Positions 24,767 through 38,371 are shown, counted from the stretch's first letter. The stretch: DNA of 64,000 nt from Alphaproteobacteria bacterium (GCA_963667785.2 CAXXMU010000006.1:640001-704000), one strand, 5' to 3'. Translations and numbers: made by a program. The notes: generated from the letters alone by a model not told the origin.

Positions 24767-26971
24767 TCACGAGTGTCCGTGCCCTCGGGATTCGATGGTG
24801 AGGAGATATCGATAGAGCTTCACGATCAGCTGCTCTTCATTTTCTTCCAGCCACAGCCGGGCGGCAGGGGTCAGCATCATCGTTCGGCAGGGCTGGTCCG
24901 CAATCATGGCGGTCTCGGCTGCATGCGCGCCGAAGGCGCCTCTCGGCTCGACCGCATCGCCTGGTCCGCATTGAAACAGCCGCGCGCCTGAGGAATCGAA
25001 GGCGGAGGCTTGGCCCTTTGTCAGCAGTTGCAAGCCCTTCTGCGGCTCGCCAATCGATACGAGGACCTCGCCGGCGTCGTATTCGCGAGCTTCCAGCCAG
25101 TCGCGGAGCTCATCGACCATGTCCTCGAACACGACCTGCCTGTCGAGATGGCGCTCCATGTCGCCGACGACCCGTTCCAGCAAAGCGTCGCCCAGGTCCT
25201 CGTCTGCGGCGGGGTCCGACCGCCAGGTGGCAAGAACGATATCCTCGCAGCGCTCCAGGGCACGGTCCGCGTCCGGCTCGAACAGCAGGTTTTCGTGGAC
25301 GGCGGAGGGGAGGTTGCGCTCCAGTCCGTTCTCGAGTTTCTCCGACGCTGCGCTCAGCACCACCCGCGCTCCGACGGCCTGCGCGGCATGCATGAACCTG
25401 CACAGCCCGTTGATGGCGGAGAAATCGAAGCCGGACACTGCGCCGAAATCCAGCAGGATGCAGGCCGGCCTCGGGGTGGCGTCCAGAGACTGCCTGAGGC
25501 GGTCCAGCAGGGGGCCGACGCTGCCGAAGAAGACATATCCGCGCAGCCGGTACGCCTGTATCCGTTGTCCCTCCGCCCGCAGTATGGCTCGATCGGGAAT
25601 GGAACGGCTCCTGTTGCTGTGACGCTCACGGGCGGTGTAGCTGGCTTCGATCAAGTCCACGCGGCTGAGGCGGACGGCGAAGAACACCATGGTGATCAGC
25701 ATTCCGACGCCCACCCCCTCGAGAAAACCCAGGGACACGATGGTGGCGGCGATCAGCAGGAGAATTGCGTATTCGGTCCAAGGTAACCGCCTGCGGCCCT
25801 TCACGATCCACTCATCCAGCAGACCGAGGCCGAGGAACAGCAACATCCCGGCGATGAGCGGCACGGGGACCAGGTTCAAGAGTGAATCGCCCAGGAGAAC
25901 GACAGAGCCGATCAGCAGGGCGGTCACGACGCCGGTCAGCCGAGTTTCGGCTCCGAACCTGTTGCTGAGAATCGAAAAGGTGAATATCAGGCTTCCACCT
26001 GGACCGGCGCCCAGGCCGGCGATCACACCGGCGCCGCCTGCCGCCTTGAACTCCCTGTTCCACTCCAACTCCTGGTTCGCGGCAAGTTCAAGGGCGCTCA
26101 AGTGCATGGCCACGGCGATCAGAGTCACCACGATCAGGGTCAGAATGTTGGGCACTTGAGCGGCTACCGCGGCCCAATCCACATGCGTCACGTCGCCGGA
26201 ATGGAAGGGATGCCACAGACCTCCTTCCGCGGTGCCGGCGAACAGCAGACCCGCCGCCCGGGCTTCATCTCCCGAGACCCCCAGGCCGGCAAGGACCAGA
26301 TGATAGAGCATGGCGATGAGCAGGAAACTCGCCGGCAGAATGAAATGATTGCTCCAACGTTTCGTGGCAAGGGCGAGGCCGAGACCGTAGGCCACGCCCG
26401 GAGCCCATCTCCACAGCACATCGGGCTCCAGGAGAGAGGGGAGGGTTTGCCTCTCCGCCGTGACTCCCATCAGCGACAGGGCGGCCACGCACAAGAGTAC
26501 CCCTGTCCCGGCGATGAACCCGCCTGCCACGGAATAGGGGATGAACCGGATCAGGTTGGCGAGCCGAAAATGCCCGACGATCAGAAAACAGATGCCCGTC
26601 GCCACTGCCCCGATGATCACGACCGTGACCGTGGTCACGAAGCGCGCGACCGCGTCGCCCTCCACACCGATCGTCGACGCGATCACGACCAAGACCATCG
26701 AGGACGGCACCGCGGTCATCGAGAGCGCGCCACGGTAGCCGCTGGTCAGGGCGATCCACAGGCAGACGACGAATCCGCCGAACAGCACCATGATCGTGCC
26801 CTGGGACAGAAACGGCGCCAACGGGCCCGAGAATACGAGGGCCCCCACGGAAATCAGGTATGCCGCTCCGATCACGCCCACGACCAGGCCGACCGACAGC
26901 GCAGGGAACAGGTTGCCCGAGACCACGTCGGCGCGCAGTTCGGACATCAGGTTCATGAGCGCCGATCTCAT
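24767..26971 (-). CDS. SulP family anion transporter with STAS and cNMP-binding domains
   Basis: LIRFIPYSVAGGFIAG, many TM helices, LRGYVFFGS and ILLDF...DFSA (STAS), C-terminal cNMP-like domain. Confidence 0.9.
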   Translation of the reverse strand: MRSALMNLMSELRADVVSGNLFPALSVGLVVGVIGAAYLISVGALVFSGPLAPFLSQGTIMVLFGGFVVCLWIALTSGYRGALSMTAVPSSMVLVVIASTIGVEGDAVARFVTTVTVVIIGAVATGICFLIVGHFRLANLIRFIPYSVAGGFIAGTGVLLCVAALSLMGVTAERQTLPSLLEPDVLWRWAPGVAYGLGLALATKRWSNHFILPASFLLIAMLYHLVLAGLGVSGDEARAAGLLFAGTAEGGLWHPFHSGDVTHVDWAAVAAQVPNILTLIVVTLIAVAMHLSALELAANQELEWNREFKAAGGAGVIAGLGAGPGGSLIFTFSILSNRFGAETRLTGVVTALLIGSVVLLGDSLLNLVPVPLIAGMLLFLGLGLLDEWIVKGRRRLPWTEYAILLLIAATIVSLGFLEGVGVGMLITMVFFAVRLSRVDLIEASYTARERHSNRSRSIPDRAILRAEGQRIQAYRLRGYVFFGSVGPLLDRLRQSLDATPRPACILLDFGAVSGFDFSAINGLCRFMHAAQAVGARVVLSAASEKLENGLERNLPSAVHENLLFEPDADRALERCEDIVLATWRSDPAADEDLGDALLERVVGDMERHLDRQVVFEDMVDELRDWLEAREYDAGEVLVSIGEPQKGLQLLTKGQASAFDSSGARLFQCGPGDAVEPRGAFGAHAAETAMIADQPCRTMMLTPAARLWLEENEEQLIVKLYRYLLTIESRGHGHS

Positions 26972-27239
26972 GGGCCTGACGGAACCCTGCGTTGCGCGGA
27001 AACGAGTTTGATCTCGAATTGTCGCCGGTTGCGTCCGTCGTACAGGGGCATGTGCGCGGGCTTGTTTAGCGTCGCACGCCAGACGTCTCGAAAACTGGGG
27101 TGAAGGGCGCCAAAGCGGCTCGTTCAGCGCTGAATAGCTGCCGATCCGCTCCGAAAGACGTTTTCATGGCGCGCGCGTCCCGCAAGCCGCAGCACGTACC
27201 CGGCTGATCGGGGAAGCAGGCCAGTCACTATGGTGGGTA

Positions 27240-27527
27240 CTACACGCCCTCGACGAAGATGAAATTGGAGTTGCTGGAGCGTGCCAGCGTTTGCTTGGGG
27301 CCCTCGAATTCCGGCGAATCGTACCATGCTTTCGCCTGGTCCATGCTGCTGAACTCGATGACGACCACGCGGTCGGGCGTCCAGTCGCCCTGCGCCACTT
27401 CGAACTTGCCCCCCCGAATCAGGTATGTGCCGCCATACTTGTCTACTGTCGCTGGAACCGCCTCGACAAACTCGCGGAATAGCCCCGGGTCCGAAATGTG
27501 CATGTCCGCGACCAGGTAGCACGCCAT
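27240..27527 (-). CDS. DUF1330 domain protein
   Basis: KYGGTYLIRGG, RVVVIEFSSMDQAKAWYDSPE. Confidence 0.9.
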   Translation of the reverse strand: MACYLVADMHISDPGLFREFVEAVPATVDKYGGTYLIRGGKFEVAQGDWTPDRVVVIEFSSMDQAKAWYDSPEFEGPKQTLARSSNSNFIFVEGV

Positions 27528-27797
27528 CCTCTATCACTCCTCCATTGAGGGCGCCAACGCGAGTCACAACAAGTTCTGGTCGGTTAGCGCTACCAACTCG
27601 CCCTTCGCGCTCCAGCTTTCGCGCCGTCTCGGCGAATGGCGATCTGCAGCACAACATAACTCATCGCATGTATTATTAGTGTGAATTGGCTGATGATTTA
27701 GATATCTTTTTCGTATCCATTCCGTCAGAACCGCAGCTGGTAAAGCACCTCGGTCCAGCCGGTAGGCCCTGCGGGAGCCTTCAGTGAGCGACGCAGA

Positions 27798-28031
27798 TCA
27801 GGCCGCGCGGGCTTGAGGACGGTGGCGAGCTAGGCTTGGGGCGGCGGCGGCGGCGAGCTTGGCGGTGCCGATGAGCGCATGCATCACCGCCGCGCGCTGG
27901 CCGCCACGATCGGCGCCCGCGAACAACCGGGACTTGCGTCCGAGACAGATGCCACGCAGCGCCCTCTCGGCCGCGTTATTCGTGAGGCAGATGCGCCCGT
28001 CGTCGAGGAAGCGGGCGAAGGCATCCCAGCG
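27798..28031 (-). mobile_element. IS66 family transposase remnant
   Basis: RWDAFARFLDDGRICLTNNAAERALRGICLGRKSRLFAGADRGGQRAAVMHALIGTAKL; N-terminus and most of the C-terminal element missing. Confidence 0.88.
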
Positions 28032-28098
28032 CTCACACCGTCTTCTTCCCCGTCGTGCGGGCGCCATCCGCCCTGCCCCGCCGGAGCGAGCGGCCGGA

Positions 28099-30198
28099 TC
28101 AGAGGTCGAGCGCGGTCACCCTGTCGGCGTGGGTCTGGATGAAGGCGAGGCGGGATTCGGGACGGCGGCCCATCAGCTCCTCGACCCGACGCGCGGTGGC
28201 CGTGCCCGCGTCCTCGCCGATCTCGACGCGCAGCAGCGTGCGCCCTGCCGGGTTCATGGTGGTTTCCTTGAGCTGGGCGGGCGGCATCTCGCCCAGCCCC
28301 TTGAAGCGGCTGATCTCGACCTTGCCGGCGCCGGCGAAGTCGCTGGCGAGCAGCCGGTCGCGGTCGGCATCGTCGCGCGCATAGCGGGTGGTGCCGCCGC
28401 GGGCGAGACGATAGAGCGGCGGCTGTGCCAGGAAGAGCTGGCCGGCGTCGATCAGCCCCGGCATCTGGCGGTAGAAGAAGGTCATCAGCAGCGCCGCGAT
28501 GTGGGCGCCGTCCACGTCGGCGTCGGTCATGATGACGACGCGCTCGTAGCGGAGCGCGTTCGCATCGAAGCGCACGCCGGTGCCGCAGCCGAGCGCCTGC
28601 ACGAGATCGTCCAGCTCCTTGTTGCCGCGCAGCTTGTCGGCGCTGGCGCTGGCGACGTTGAGGATCTTGCCGCGCAGCGGCAGCACCGCCTGGGTCTCGC
28701 GGTTGCGCGCCTGCTTGGCGGAGCCGCCGGCCGAATCGCCTTCGACCAGGAAAATCTCGGTGCCCGCCGCCGCCTCGCGCGCGCAGTCCGCAAGCTTGCC
28801 CGGCAGGCGGGTCTTGCGGGCGGCGCGCTTGCGCGCGACCTCGCGGTCCTTGCGGCGCCGGAGCCGCTCCTCGGCACGCTCGACGACGCGCTCCAGCAGC
28901 AGGTTGGCGGCGGCGGGATCGGCCGAGAGCCAGTGGTCGAAGTGATCGCCGAGGGCGTTCTCCACCAGGCGGCCCGCCTCGGGCGAGACCAGGCGCTCCT
29001 TGGTCTGCCCCTGGAACTGCGGCTCGCGCAGGAACACCGAGAGCAGCGCGCAGGCGCCGCCCACCACGTCGTCGGCGGTGAGCTGGGCGGCGCGCTTGTT
29101 GCCCACCAGCGCGCCATAGCCCTTCAGCCCGCGCACCAGGGCGGCGCGCATGCCGGCCTCGTGGCTGCCGCCGTCGCTGGTCGGCACCGTGTTGCAGTGC
29201 GAGGCGACGAAGCCCTCTTCGTCCTCGGGCCAGGCGAGCGCCCATTCGAGGCGGCCGGCGTCGCCGTTGAGCGTGCCCTGGCCGGCGAAGGGGGCGGGCG
29301 TCAGCGTGTGGCGCCTGCCGAGCGCGGCCTTCAGATAGTCCGCCAGCCCGCCCGGATAGTGCAGCACCGTGCTCTCCGGCACCGTATCGGCACCGCCGAG
29401 CAGCGCGGGGTCGCAGGACCAGCGGATCTCGACGCCGCGATAGAGGTAGGCGCGCGTCCGCGCCATCTCGTGCAGCGGCCCCGGCCCGAAGCGGAGCGCC
29501 GCCCCGAAGATCTCGGGATCGGGGCGGAAGCGCACGAGCGTGCCGCGCCGGTTGGTGACCGGCCCTGCATCCTCCAGCGGGCCGGTGGGCAGCCCGCGGG
29601 CGTAACCCTGCCGCCACAGCCGCCTGTCGCGCGCGACCTCGACCGTCAGCGACTCGGAGAGGGCGTTGACCACCGAGAGGCCCACGCCATGCAGCCCGCC
29701 CGAGGTCGCATACACCTTGTCGCCGAACTTGCCGCCCGAGTGCAGCGTGGTGAGGATCACCTCGAGCGCGGAGACGTTCTCGTACTTCGGATGCGGGTCG
29801 ACCGGGATGCCGCGGCCATTGTCCCTGACCGACGCCGAGCCGTCGCCGTGGAGCGCGATCTCAATGCGGCTCGCATGGCCGGCGATCGCCTCGTCCATGG
29901 CATTGTCGACCAGCTCGGCGAGCAGGTGGTGCAGCGCCCGCTGATCGGTGCCGCCCACGTACATGCCGGGCCGCCGGCGCACCGGCTCCAGCCCCTCGAG
30001 AATCTCGATGTCGTGCGCGGTGTAGCCGCCGGAGGGACGCGCGGGCGACGGTGCCGCCGCCTGCGCCTTCGCCTGTTGCCGGCGGCGGCCGGCAGCAGGC
30101 GCCTTGCGCGCGGCCTTGCCCTTGCCCTTCCCCTTCTTCGCCGGGGCGGCAGAGGCGCTCTCGTCGAGCCCGGCGAAGAGATCGAGGGTGTTGGCCAT
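28099..30198 (-). CDS. parE: DNA topoisomerase IV subunit B
   Basis: LEGLEPVRRRPGMYVG, DNAMDEA, SGGLHGVG, VEGDSAGGS, PLRGKILN, MTDADVDG, SRFKGLGEM; lacks the GyrB insertion. Confidence 0.95.
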   Translation of the reverse strand: MANTLDLFAGLDESASAAPAKKGKGKGKAARKAPAAGRRRQQAKAQAAAPSPARPSGGYTAHDIEILEGLEPVRRRPGMYVGGTDQRALHHLLAELVDNAMDEAIAGHASRIEIALHGDGSASVRDNGRGIPVDPHPKYENVSALEVILTTLHSGGKFGDKVYATSGGLHGVGLSVVNALSESLTVEVARDRRLWRQGYARGLPTGPLEDAGPVTNRRGTLVRFRPDPEIFGAALRFGPGPLHEMARTRAYLYRGVEIRWSCDPALLGGADTVPESTVLHYPGGLADYLKAALGRRHTLTPAPFAGQGTLNGDAGRLEWALAWPEDEEGFVASHCNTVPTSDGGSHEAGMRAALVRGLKGYGALVGNKRAAQLTADDVVGGACALLSVFLREPQFQGQTKERLVSPEAGRLVENALGDHFDHWLSADPAAANLLLERVVERAEERLRRRKDREVARKRAARKTRLPGKLADCAREAAAGTEIFLVEGDSAGGSAKQARNRETQAVLPLRGKILNVASASADKLRGNKELDDLVQALGCGTGVRFDANALRYERVVIMTDADVDGAHIAALLMTFFYRQMPGLIDAGQLFLAQPPLYRLARGGTTRYARDDADRDRLLASDFAGAGKVEISRFKGLGEMPPAQLKETTMNPAGRTLLRVEIGEDAGTATARRVEELMGRRPESRLAFIQTHADRVTALDL

Positions 30199-30363
30199 GG
30201 CCCTGACTGAGGCCCCGTTGCTGCAGTGAGCGCGTGGACGCGCCGGCGCCACTATAGGGAGGGGCGCGGCGTCTGCCAACGATCCTTCGACATGTTGTGG
30301 TCCGCAGGCGTTCCGCTACCACAAGTGGTTGCTTGAGTCGCCAGCCGGCGCGACCGGCCGGGT

Positions 30364-31518
30364 CTAAAGCCCCGCCTTGGTCTCGGCCAGCACCAGATCG
30401 ACCACGCGGTGCAGGGCTTCGTCTTCCGTGTCGCCCTCCAGGCGCCGCAGGCGGTAGAGGTCGATCTGGCGATCCGCGCCGGTGCCCTCCCTGACGATGG
30501 TGAGCGCGCGACGCAGCTCAGTCTCGCAGCCGAGCGCACGGGCATCCGCCGCAAGCTCGTCGACCAGCGCGCTCACGTAGTCGTGGATGTCCACGCGCCC
30601 GCTGCCGGCGGCGCTATCGCCGAAGAAGGCGTGCACGCCGTAGCGCTGGGCAATCCAGCGATCCTGCTCAATGAGCTCGGTGCGCGGCTCGGGCGGCAGC
30701 GCGCCGTCCCGCTCCCGGCGCCAGAGCCGGCGGACCAGGGCGGCATAGAGCGCCACGACGCTCATCGCATCCTCGATGCCCGTGCAGACGTCGCAGATCC
30801 GCAGCTCGATGGTCGGATAGGCCCTGGAAGGGCGGATGTCCCACCAGAGCTCGCTGGCATCGCCGATGTAGTCCATGCGCCGGTAGTCGGAGACGAGGTC
30901 GTCGTAGTCGGCCCAGGAGCCGAGCGGGCCGGGCAGCCCGGTGCGCGGCAGGGCGCCCATCACGGTGAGCCGATAGGACTTGTACCCGGTATCGTGCCCG
31001 CTGTTGAACGGCGAGGACGAGGAGAGAGCCTGCAGCAGCGGCAGGTAGCGCCTGAGCGCGGTCATCACCCGGATGCGCGCATCCTCATCGCCGAAGCCCG
31101 CGTGGACGTGCATGCCGCCGACGAGGGTGCGGCGCACGGTCTCCCGATAGGTGGAGGCGAAGCGCCGGTAGCGCTCTCCGGGCGTGGGCGCCTGCTCCCG
31201 CCACGAGGCGAAGGGGTGGGTGGAGGCTGCCATGACTACAGCACCGTGCGCCTCGGCCGCCTCGACGACGATCCGCCGGGTCTCGATCAGCGCCTGGCGC
31301 ACCTCGGCCACCGAGCTGCACACCCGCGTGTTGGTCTCGATCTGGGAGCGCAGGAACTCGTGCACGACCTTGTGGGGGCCGGCGTTCGCCTGGCAGTGCT
31401 CGAAGATGCCTTCGTCGGGATCGGCGAGGAGATCGCGAGTCTCGGGATCGACGAGGAAGAACTCCTCCTCGACGCCGAGGGTGATCGCGAGGTCCTGGCT
31501 CTCGGCTGGATCGGTCAT
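30364..31518 (-). CDS. Carboxylate-amine ligase (YbdK/GCS2 family)
   Basis: TLGVEEEFFLVD, GMHVHAG, SSSPF, WWDIRPS, TIELRICD. Confidence 0.93.
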   Translation of the reverse strand: MTDPAESQDLAITLGVEEEFFLVDPETRDLLADPDEGIFEHCQANAGPHKVVHEFLRSQIETNTRVCSSVAEVRQALIETRRIVVEAAEAHGAVVMAASTHPFASWREQAPTPGERYRRFASTYRETVRRTLVGGMHVHAGFGDEDARIRVMTALRRYLPLLQALSSSSPFNSGHDTGYKSYRLTVMGALPRTGLPGPLGSWADYDDLVSDYRRMDYIGDASELWWDIRPSRAYPTIELRICDVCTGIEDAMSVVALYAALVRRLWRRERDGALPPEPRTELIEQDRWIAQRYGVHAFFGDSAAGSGRVDIHDYVSALVDELAADARALGCETELRRALTIVREGTGADRQIDLYRLRRLEGDTEDEALHRVVDLVLAETKAGL

Positions 31519-31647
31519 CGGTCGTTCACGTCACTTAACCGGGTTGTGCAGATGCTATGCCCGCCGGGGCATGAAGCATTGTCTCTGCACGGCCCCGTCC
31601 GCCGCAATCGGTTAGTATGGGCGCGACGCAGCCGGCAAGAGGTTTCC

Positions 31648-32784
31648 GTGCAGCCAGAGACCGAGCGACGCCTCGCCACCGAAGCGCTCGACCGCATCGG
31701 CCGCAGCGCCCTGCCCGAGGCCGATGCCGCCATGACGGTGGACGGCAGGCGCTACACCTGCACGGACGCACTGGCGGCGGAGAGGGAGGCGCTCTTCCGC
31801 CGCCACCCCCTGCCGCTCGCCTTCGGCTGCGAGATCGCCGACCCCGGCGACTACCTGACCCTCGACATCGCCGGCGTGCCGGTGCTGCTGATGCGCGGCG
31901 ACGACGGCACGGTGCAGGGCCTGCTCAACACCTGTCGCCACCGCGGCGCCCGCCTGCTCGACGGCGCGGGTCACGTCGGCAGGGCCTTCGCCTGCCCCTA
32001 TCACAACTGGGCCTATGACCGCTGCGGCGTGCTCAGGGCGCAGCCGGCGGGCGAGCACTTCCCCCACATCGCGGTGGGGGAGGAGAGGCTGGTGCGCTTC
32101 CCCGCGGCGGAGCGGGACGGTCTCGTCTGGCTGCTGCTCGACCCTGCAGGCGCGCTCGACCTCGATGCCGCGCTGGGGCCCCTCGGGCCGGAGCTCGCGG
32201 CCTACGGGCTCGGCGGCTATCGCCACCGCGGCAGCCACGCCTGGACCAAGCGGATGAACTGGAAGCTCGGCGTGGATACCTTCCTCGAGTACTACCACGT
32301 GCCCATCCTGCACCGCGGCTCCATCGGCAAGACGCTGTTCGGCACGGTCTTCCTCTACGAGGCGCTGGGCCGCCACGCGCGGCTGGTGGCGCCGCGCCGC
32401 AGCATCGAGGATCAGCGCGATGGCGATCCCGCAGGCTGGCGGGTGCTGCCGCACGCGACCATCGTCTACCGCCTCTTCCCCAACGCGGTGTTCATCAGCC
32501 AGGGCCCGCACGTGGAGCTGGTCCGCTTCTTCCCGGACCCCGCGCGGCCGGACACCACGATGTGTCGCTTCAGCTTCGCCTCGCCCGCGGACGATCGCTC
32601 CGAGCGCGACTGGGACGAGATGATGCGGCTCGCGCTCGGCGTGCTGGACACCGAGGACTTCGCCGTGATGGAGGGCGTGCAGGCGAACCTTGCCGCCGGC
32701 ATCCAGCGCGAGATCGTGTTCGGCCGGAACGAGATCGGCCTGCAGAACTTCCACCACATGCGCGACGCCGCGCTCGCCAGCTGA
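31648..32784 (+). CDS. Rieske aromatic ring-hydroxylating oxygenase alpha subunit
   Basis: NTCRHRG...CPYHNW Rieske motif; NWK...FLEYYHVPILH; ED Fe ligand. Confidence 0.93.
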   Translation: MQPETERRLATEALDRIGRSALPEADAAMTVDGRRYTCTDALAAEREALFRRHPLPLAFGCEIADPGDYLTLDIAGVPVLLMRGDDGTVQGLLNTCRHRGARLLDGAGHVGRAFACPYHNWAYDRCGVLRAQPAGEHFPHIAVGEERLVRFPAAERDGLVWLLLDPAGALDLDAALGPLGPELAAYGLGGYRHRGSHAWTKRMNWKLGVDTFLEYYHVPILHRGSIGKTLFGTVFLYEALGRHARLVAPRRSIEDQRDGDPAGWRVLPHATIVYRLFPNAVFISQGPHVELVRFFPDPARPDTTMCRFSFASPADDRSERDWDEMMRLALGVLDTEDFAVMEGVQANLAAGIQREIVFGRNEIGLQNFHHMRDAALAS

Positions 32785-32809
32785 ACGCAGCCCCCCCTCC
32801 CGGAGCCCC

Positions 32810-33742
32810 ATGATGGCCAAGACCTATCTCTTCACCGTCAGCCCGGCCACGCCGCCGGCCATGACCATCGACCCCGGCACGGAGATCGAGGTCACCGTCG
32901 ACGGCGCCTTCGACGACATCGAGGACATCGCGGCGGTGCCGACGCCGTTCACGCCGGCCTCGGAGGGGCATCCGCTCGCCCCGGTGACCGGCCCGATCGC
33001 CGTCAGCGGCGCGCGGCCTGGGGATTCGGTGGCGATCGACCTGCTCTCGATCGAGCCCTTCGGCGAAGGCGCCAACGCGGTGCTGCGCGACTTCGGCGTC
33101 CTCAAGGAGGAATTCGCCGAGCCCGCCATCGTCTCCTGCCCGATCCGCGACGGGCAGGCCTGGTTCGGAGACCGGGTGGCGATCCCGCTCGCCCCCAATC
33201 TGGGCACGCTCAGCACCATGCCGCCCGAGGGCTACCGGCCCTCCCACGCGGGCCCCTACGGCGGCGACTTCGATCAGCGCGACGTGGGAGTCGGCGCCCG
33301 CGTTCACCTGCCGGTGATGGTCGACGACGCGCTGATCTTCATGGCCGACCCGCACGCTGCGATCAGCGACGGCATCATCAGCGGCACCGGGGTCGAGTGC
33401 TCGGCGCGGGTGCGGGCGCGAATCGCGCTCAACAAGGAGAGCCCGGTGGAACGGCCGATCTTCGAGCAGAACGGCACGGTGCAGATCGTGGGCTACGGCC
33501 CCTCGGTGGAAGCGGCGACCGAAGACGCCTCGAACGCCGCCGTGGGCCTGGTCTCGCGCTGGACCGGGCTCTCGCGGCGGGAGGCCTACATGCTGCTCGG
33601 CATCGTCGGCGAGCTCCGCATCGGCACCTCGCCCCGGCCCACCATGGCGGCACGGCTGATCGTCGACAAGGCGGTGCTGGCGTCCGCCGGCTGGGACGGT
33701 ACCGTGGTGCCTGTCGCGCCGTCAGGCGCGCGGAACCTGTGA
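32810..33742 (+). CDS. Acetamidase/formamidase family protein
   Basis: TGPIAVSGARPGD, YGGDFD, DPHAAISDG, GTGVEC. Confidence 0.88.
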   Translation: MMAKTYLFTVSPATPPAMTIDPGTEIEVTVDGAFDDIEDIAAVPTPFTPASEGHPLAPVTGPIAVSGARPGDSVAIDLLSIEPFGEGANAVLRDFGVLKEEFAEPAIVSCPIRDGQAWFGDRVAIPLAPNLGTLSTMPPEGYRPSHAGPYGGDFDQRDVGVGARVHLPVMVDDALIFMADPHAAISDGIISGTGVECSARVRARIALNKESPVERPIFEQNGTVQIVGYGPSVEAATEDASNAAVGLVSRWTGLSRREAYMLLGIVGELRIGTSPRPTMAARLIVDKAVLASAGWDGTVVPVAPSGARNL

Positions 33743-33773
33743 ATGGCCTGACGGCGTTCGCGGCGGGAGTCCT

Positions 33774-35213
33774 TCAAGCGAAGAACCAGGGCGAGAGCCC
33801 CTGCTGGTTCTCGTCCACGATCAGGCGCCGGCCCGGCGGCGGAACGGCGCGCTGGCTGCAATCGGTGCGCTCGCAGAGGCGGCAGTTGACGCCGATGGGG
33901 GTCACGGCGGCGGGACGCTCGGGGTCGATGCCCGCGCCGTAGACGAGGCCGACGCCGTAGGAGAGCGAACAGCCGATGGCGATGGCCCGCTGCTGGCCGG
34001 GCAGCGCGTGGCCGGCGCCGGGGCGCGATATCGCGCGGGCGACGGTGAGGAAGCGTGCGCCGTCCGGCATCTCGACGATCTCGACGCGCGTCTCGCCGGG
34101 GGTCTGAAAGGCGCGGTGCACGCCCCAGCGCGGGCAGAGACCGCCGAAGCGCGCGAAGCGGAAGCCGCCTGCGTCGACGCGGCGCAGCACGTTGCCCGCG
34201 CAGTCGAGATGGACGAGGAAGAACGGTACCCCCTTCGCCCCCGGCCGCTGCAGGGTGACGAGGCGCTCGCAGACGTGCTCGAACCCGGCCCCGAAGCGGC
34301 GGCCGAGGAGGTCGATGTCGTAGGCGAGGCCGTCCGCGGCCTCGAGGAAGCGCTCGTAGGGCATCAGGCAGGCGCCGGCGAAATAGTTCGCGAGCTCCAC
34401 CACCAGGAGGTCGCGCGCCGCCCCCTCCAGGCCCGGACCCGCCGCGAGGTCGTCGATCGTCTCGCGCCAGCCGAGCAGCGCGAGCTGATGGGCGAGCTGG
34501 AAGGCGCGCTCTTCCGGCGCCAGCGCGTCCGACAGCAGAACGCGGCGGCCGTGGCGGTCGTAGCGCCGGACCAAGTCGTGCATCACCTCCGCAGGCAGGA
34601 TACGCACCCGGAGGCCGTGAGCGTCGGTGAGAACGGCACGGAGGCCCTCGTAGAGGCCGTCGGTCTCGAGGCCCGCCTCCGCCCAGAGCCGCTGGGCGGC
34701 CTCCTCGAGCTCGTGGACGTAGCCGGAGCGGGCCTGCATCGCCTCCTGAACCTCGTCGCCGGGTGCGCGGACCGCAGCCGCCGGCGTCGCCGTTGCCTTA
34801 GCGGGCGCCGGGCCGCCGCGCTGCGCCTCCGCCGGGTCCATCGCGTTCTCCAGCAGGTCGCGATAGGCGCGGAAGAGGAGGACCACGGCATCGCCCAGCG
34901 CCGGGCTCGCCTGCGCCGCGTCGCGGATGTCCTGATCCGTTACCTGGCTGCGCGCGAACAGGGGGTCGCCAAAGACCTCCCTGAGCGCGGCGGTGACCCT
35001 CCCCTCGTCGTCCTCGGCGAAGCGCTGCAGGTCGACGTCGAAGGCCTGGCCGAGCCGGAGCAGGAAGGGAACCGTGACCGGCCGCTGCGAGCGCTCGATC
35101 AGGTTCAGGTAGCTGGTGGAGATGCCGAGCTGGGCCGCCATGCGCGCCTGGGTGAGGCCGCGCTCCCGCCGCAGCCGCCGCACCCGCTGGCCCGCCATCA
35201 GCTTTCCCTGCAC
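33774..35213 (-). CDS. Short-chain fatty acyl-CoA regulator (RamB/ScfR, XRE-HTH) family
   Basis: GLTQARMAAQLGISTSYLNLIE, ANYFAGACLMPY, LQRPGAKGVPFF, CRLCERTDCSQRA; divergent from aceBA. Confidence 0.93.
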   Translation of the reverse strand: MQGKLMAGQRVRRLRRERGLTQARMAAQLGISTSYLNLIERSQRPVTVPFLLRLGQAFDVDLQRFAEDDEGRVTAALREVFGDPLFARSQVTDQDIRDAAQASPALGDAVVLLFRAYRDLLENAMDPAEAQRGGPAPAKATATPAAAVRAPGDEVQEAMQARSGYVHELEEAAQRLWAEAGLETDGLYEGLRAVLTDAHGLRVRILPAEVMHDLVRRYDRHGRRVLLSDALAPEERAFQLAHQLALLGWRETIDDLAAGPGLEGAARDLLVVELANYFAGACLMPYERFLEAADGLAYDIDLLGRRFGAGFEHVCERLVTLQRPGAKGVPFFLVHLDCAGNVLRRVDAGGFRFARFGGLCPRWGVHRAFQTPGETRVEIVEMPDGARFLTVARAISRPGAGHALPGQQRAIAIGCSLSYGVGLVYGAGIDPERPAAVTPIGVNCRLCERTDCSQRAVPPPGRRLIVDENQQGLSPWFFA

Positions 35214-35399
35214 GACCTGCCCCGTCACGCGCGCCGCGAACGCCCCCGGCGCCCTACCAATACAATATTTACAAAATGACAGCAGAAAATACACGAAATG
35301 CGACTGAAATACATCTTTTTTTCCAGCAAGTTATGGACTTTTCCGTCGTGTCGGGCAACAGTCCGCCCATATTGCGTTGCAGCATGCAAGGGACGCTAG

Positions 35400-37055
<1,656 letters not shown>

Positions 37056-37056
37056 G

Positions 37057-38355
<1,299 letters not shown>

Positions 38356-38371
38356 CCCGGGCCGCGCTCAC

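Noticed and set aside
27735-27797. IS66 terminal inverted repeat
   Set aside because: GTAAAGCACC only loosely resembles the GTAAGC end, and no partner end or target duplication is visible
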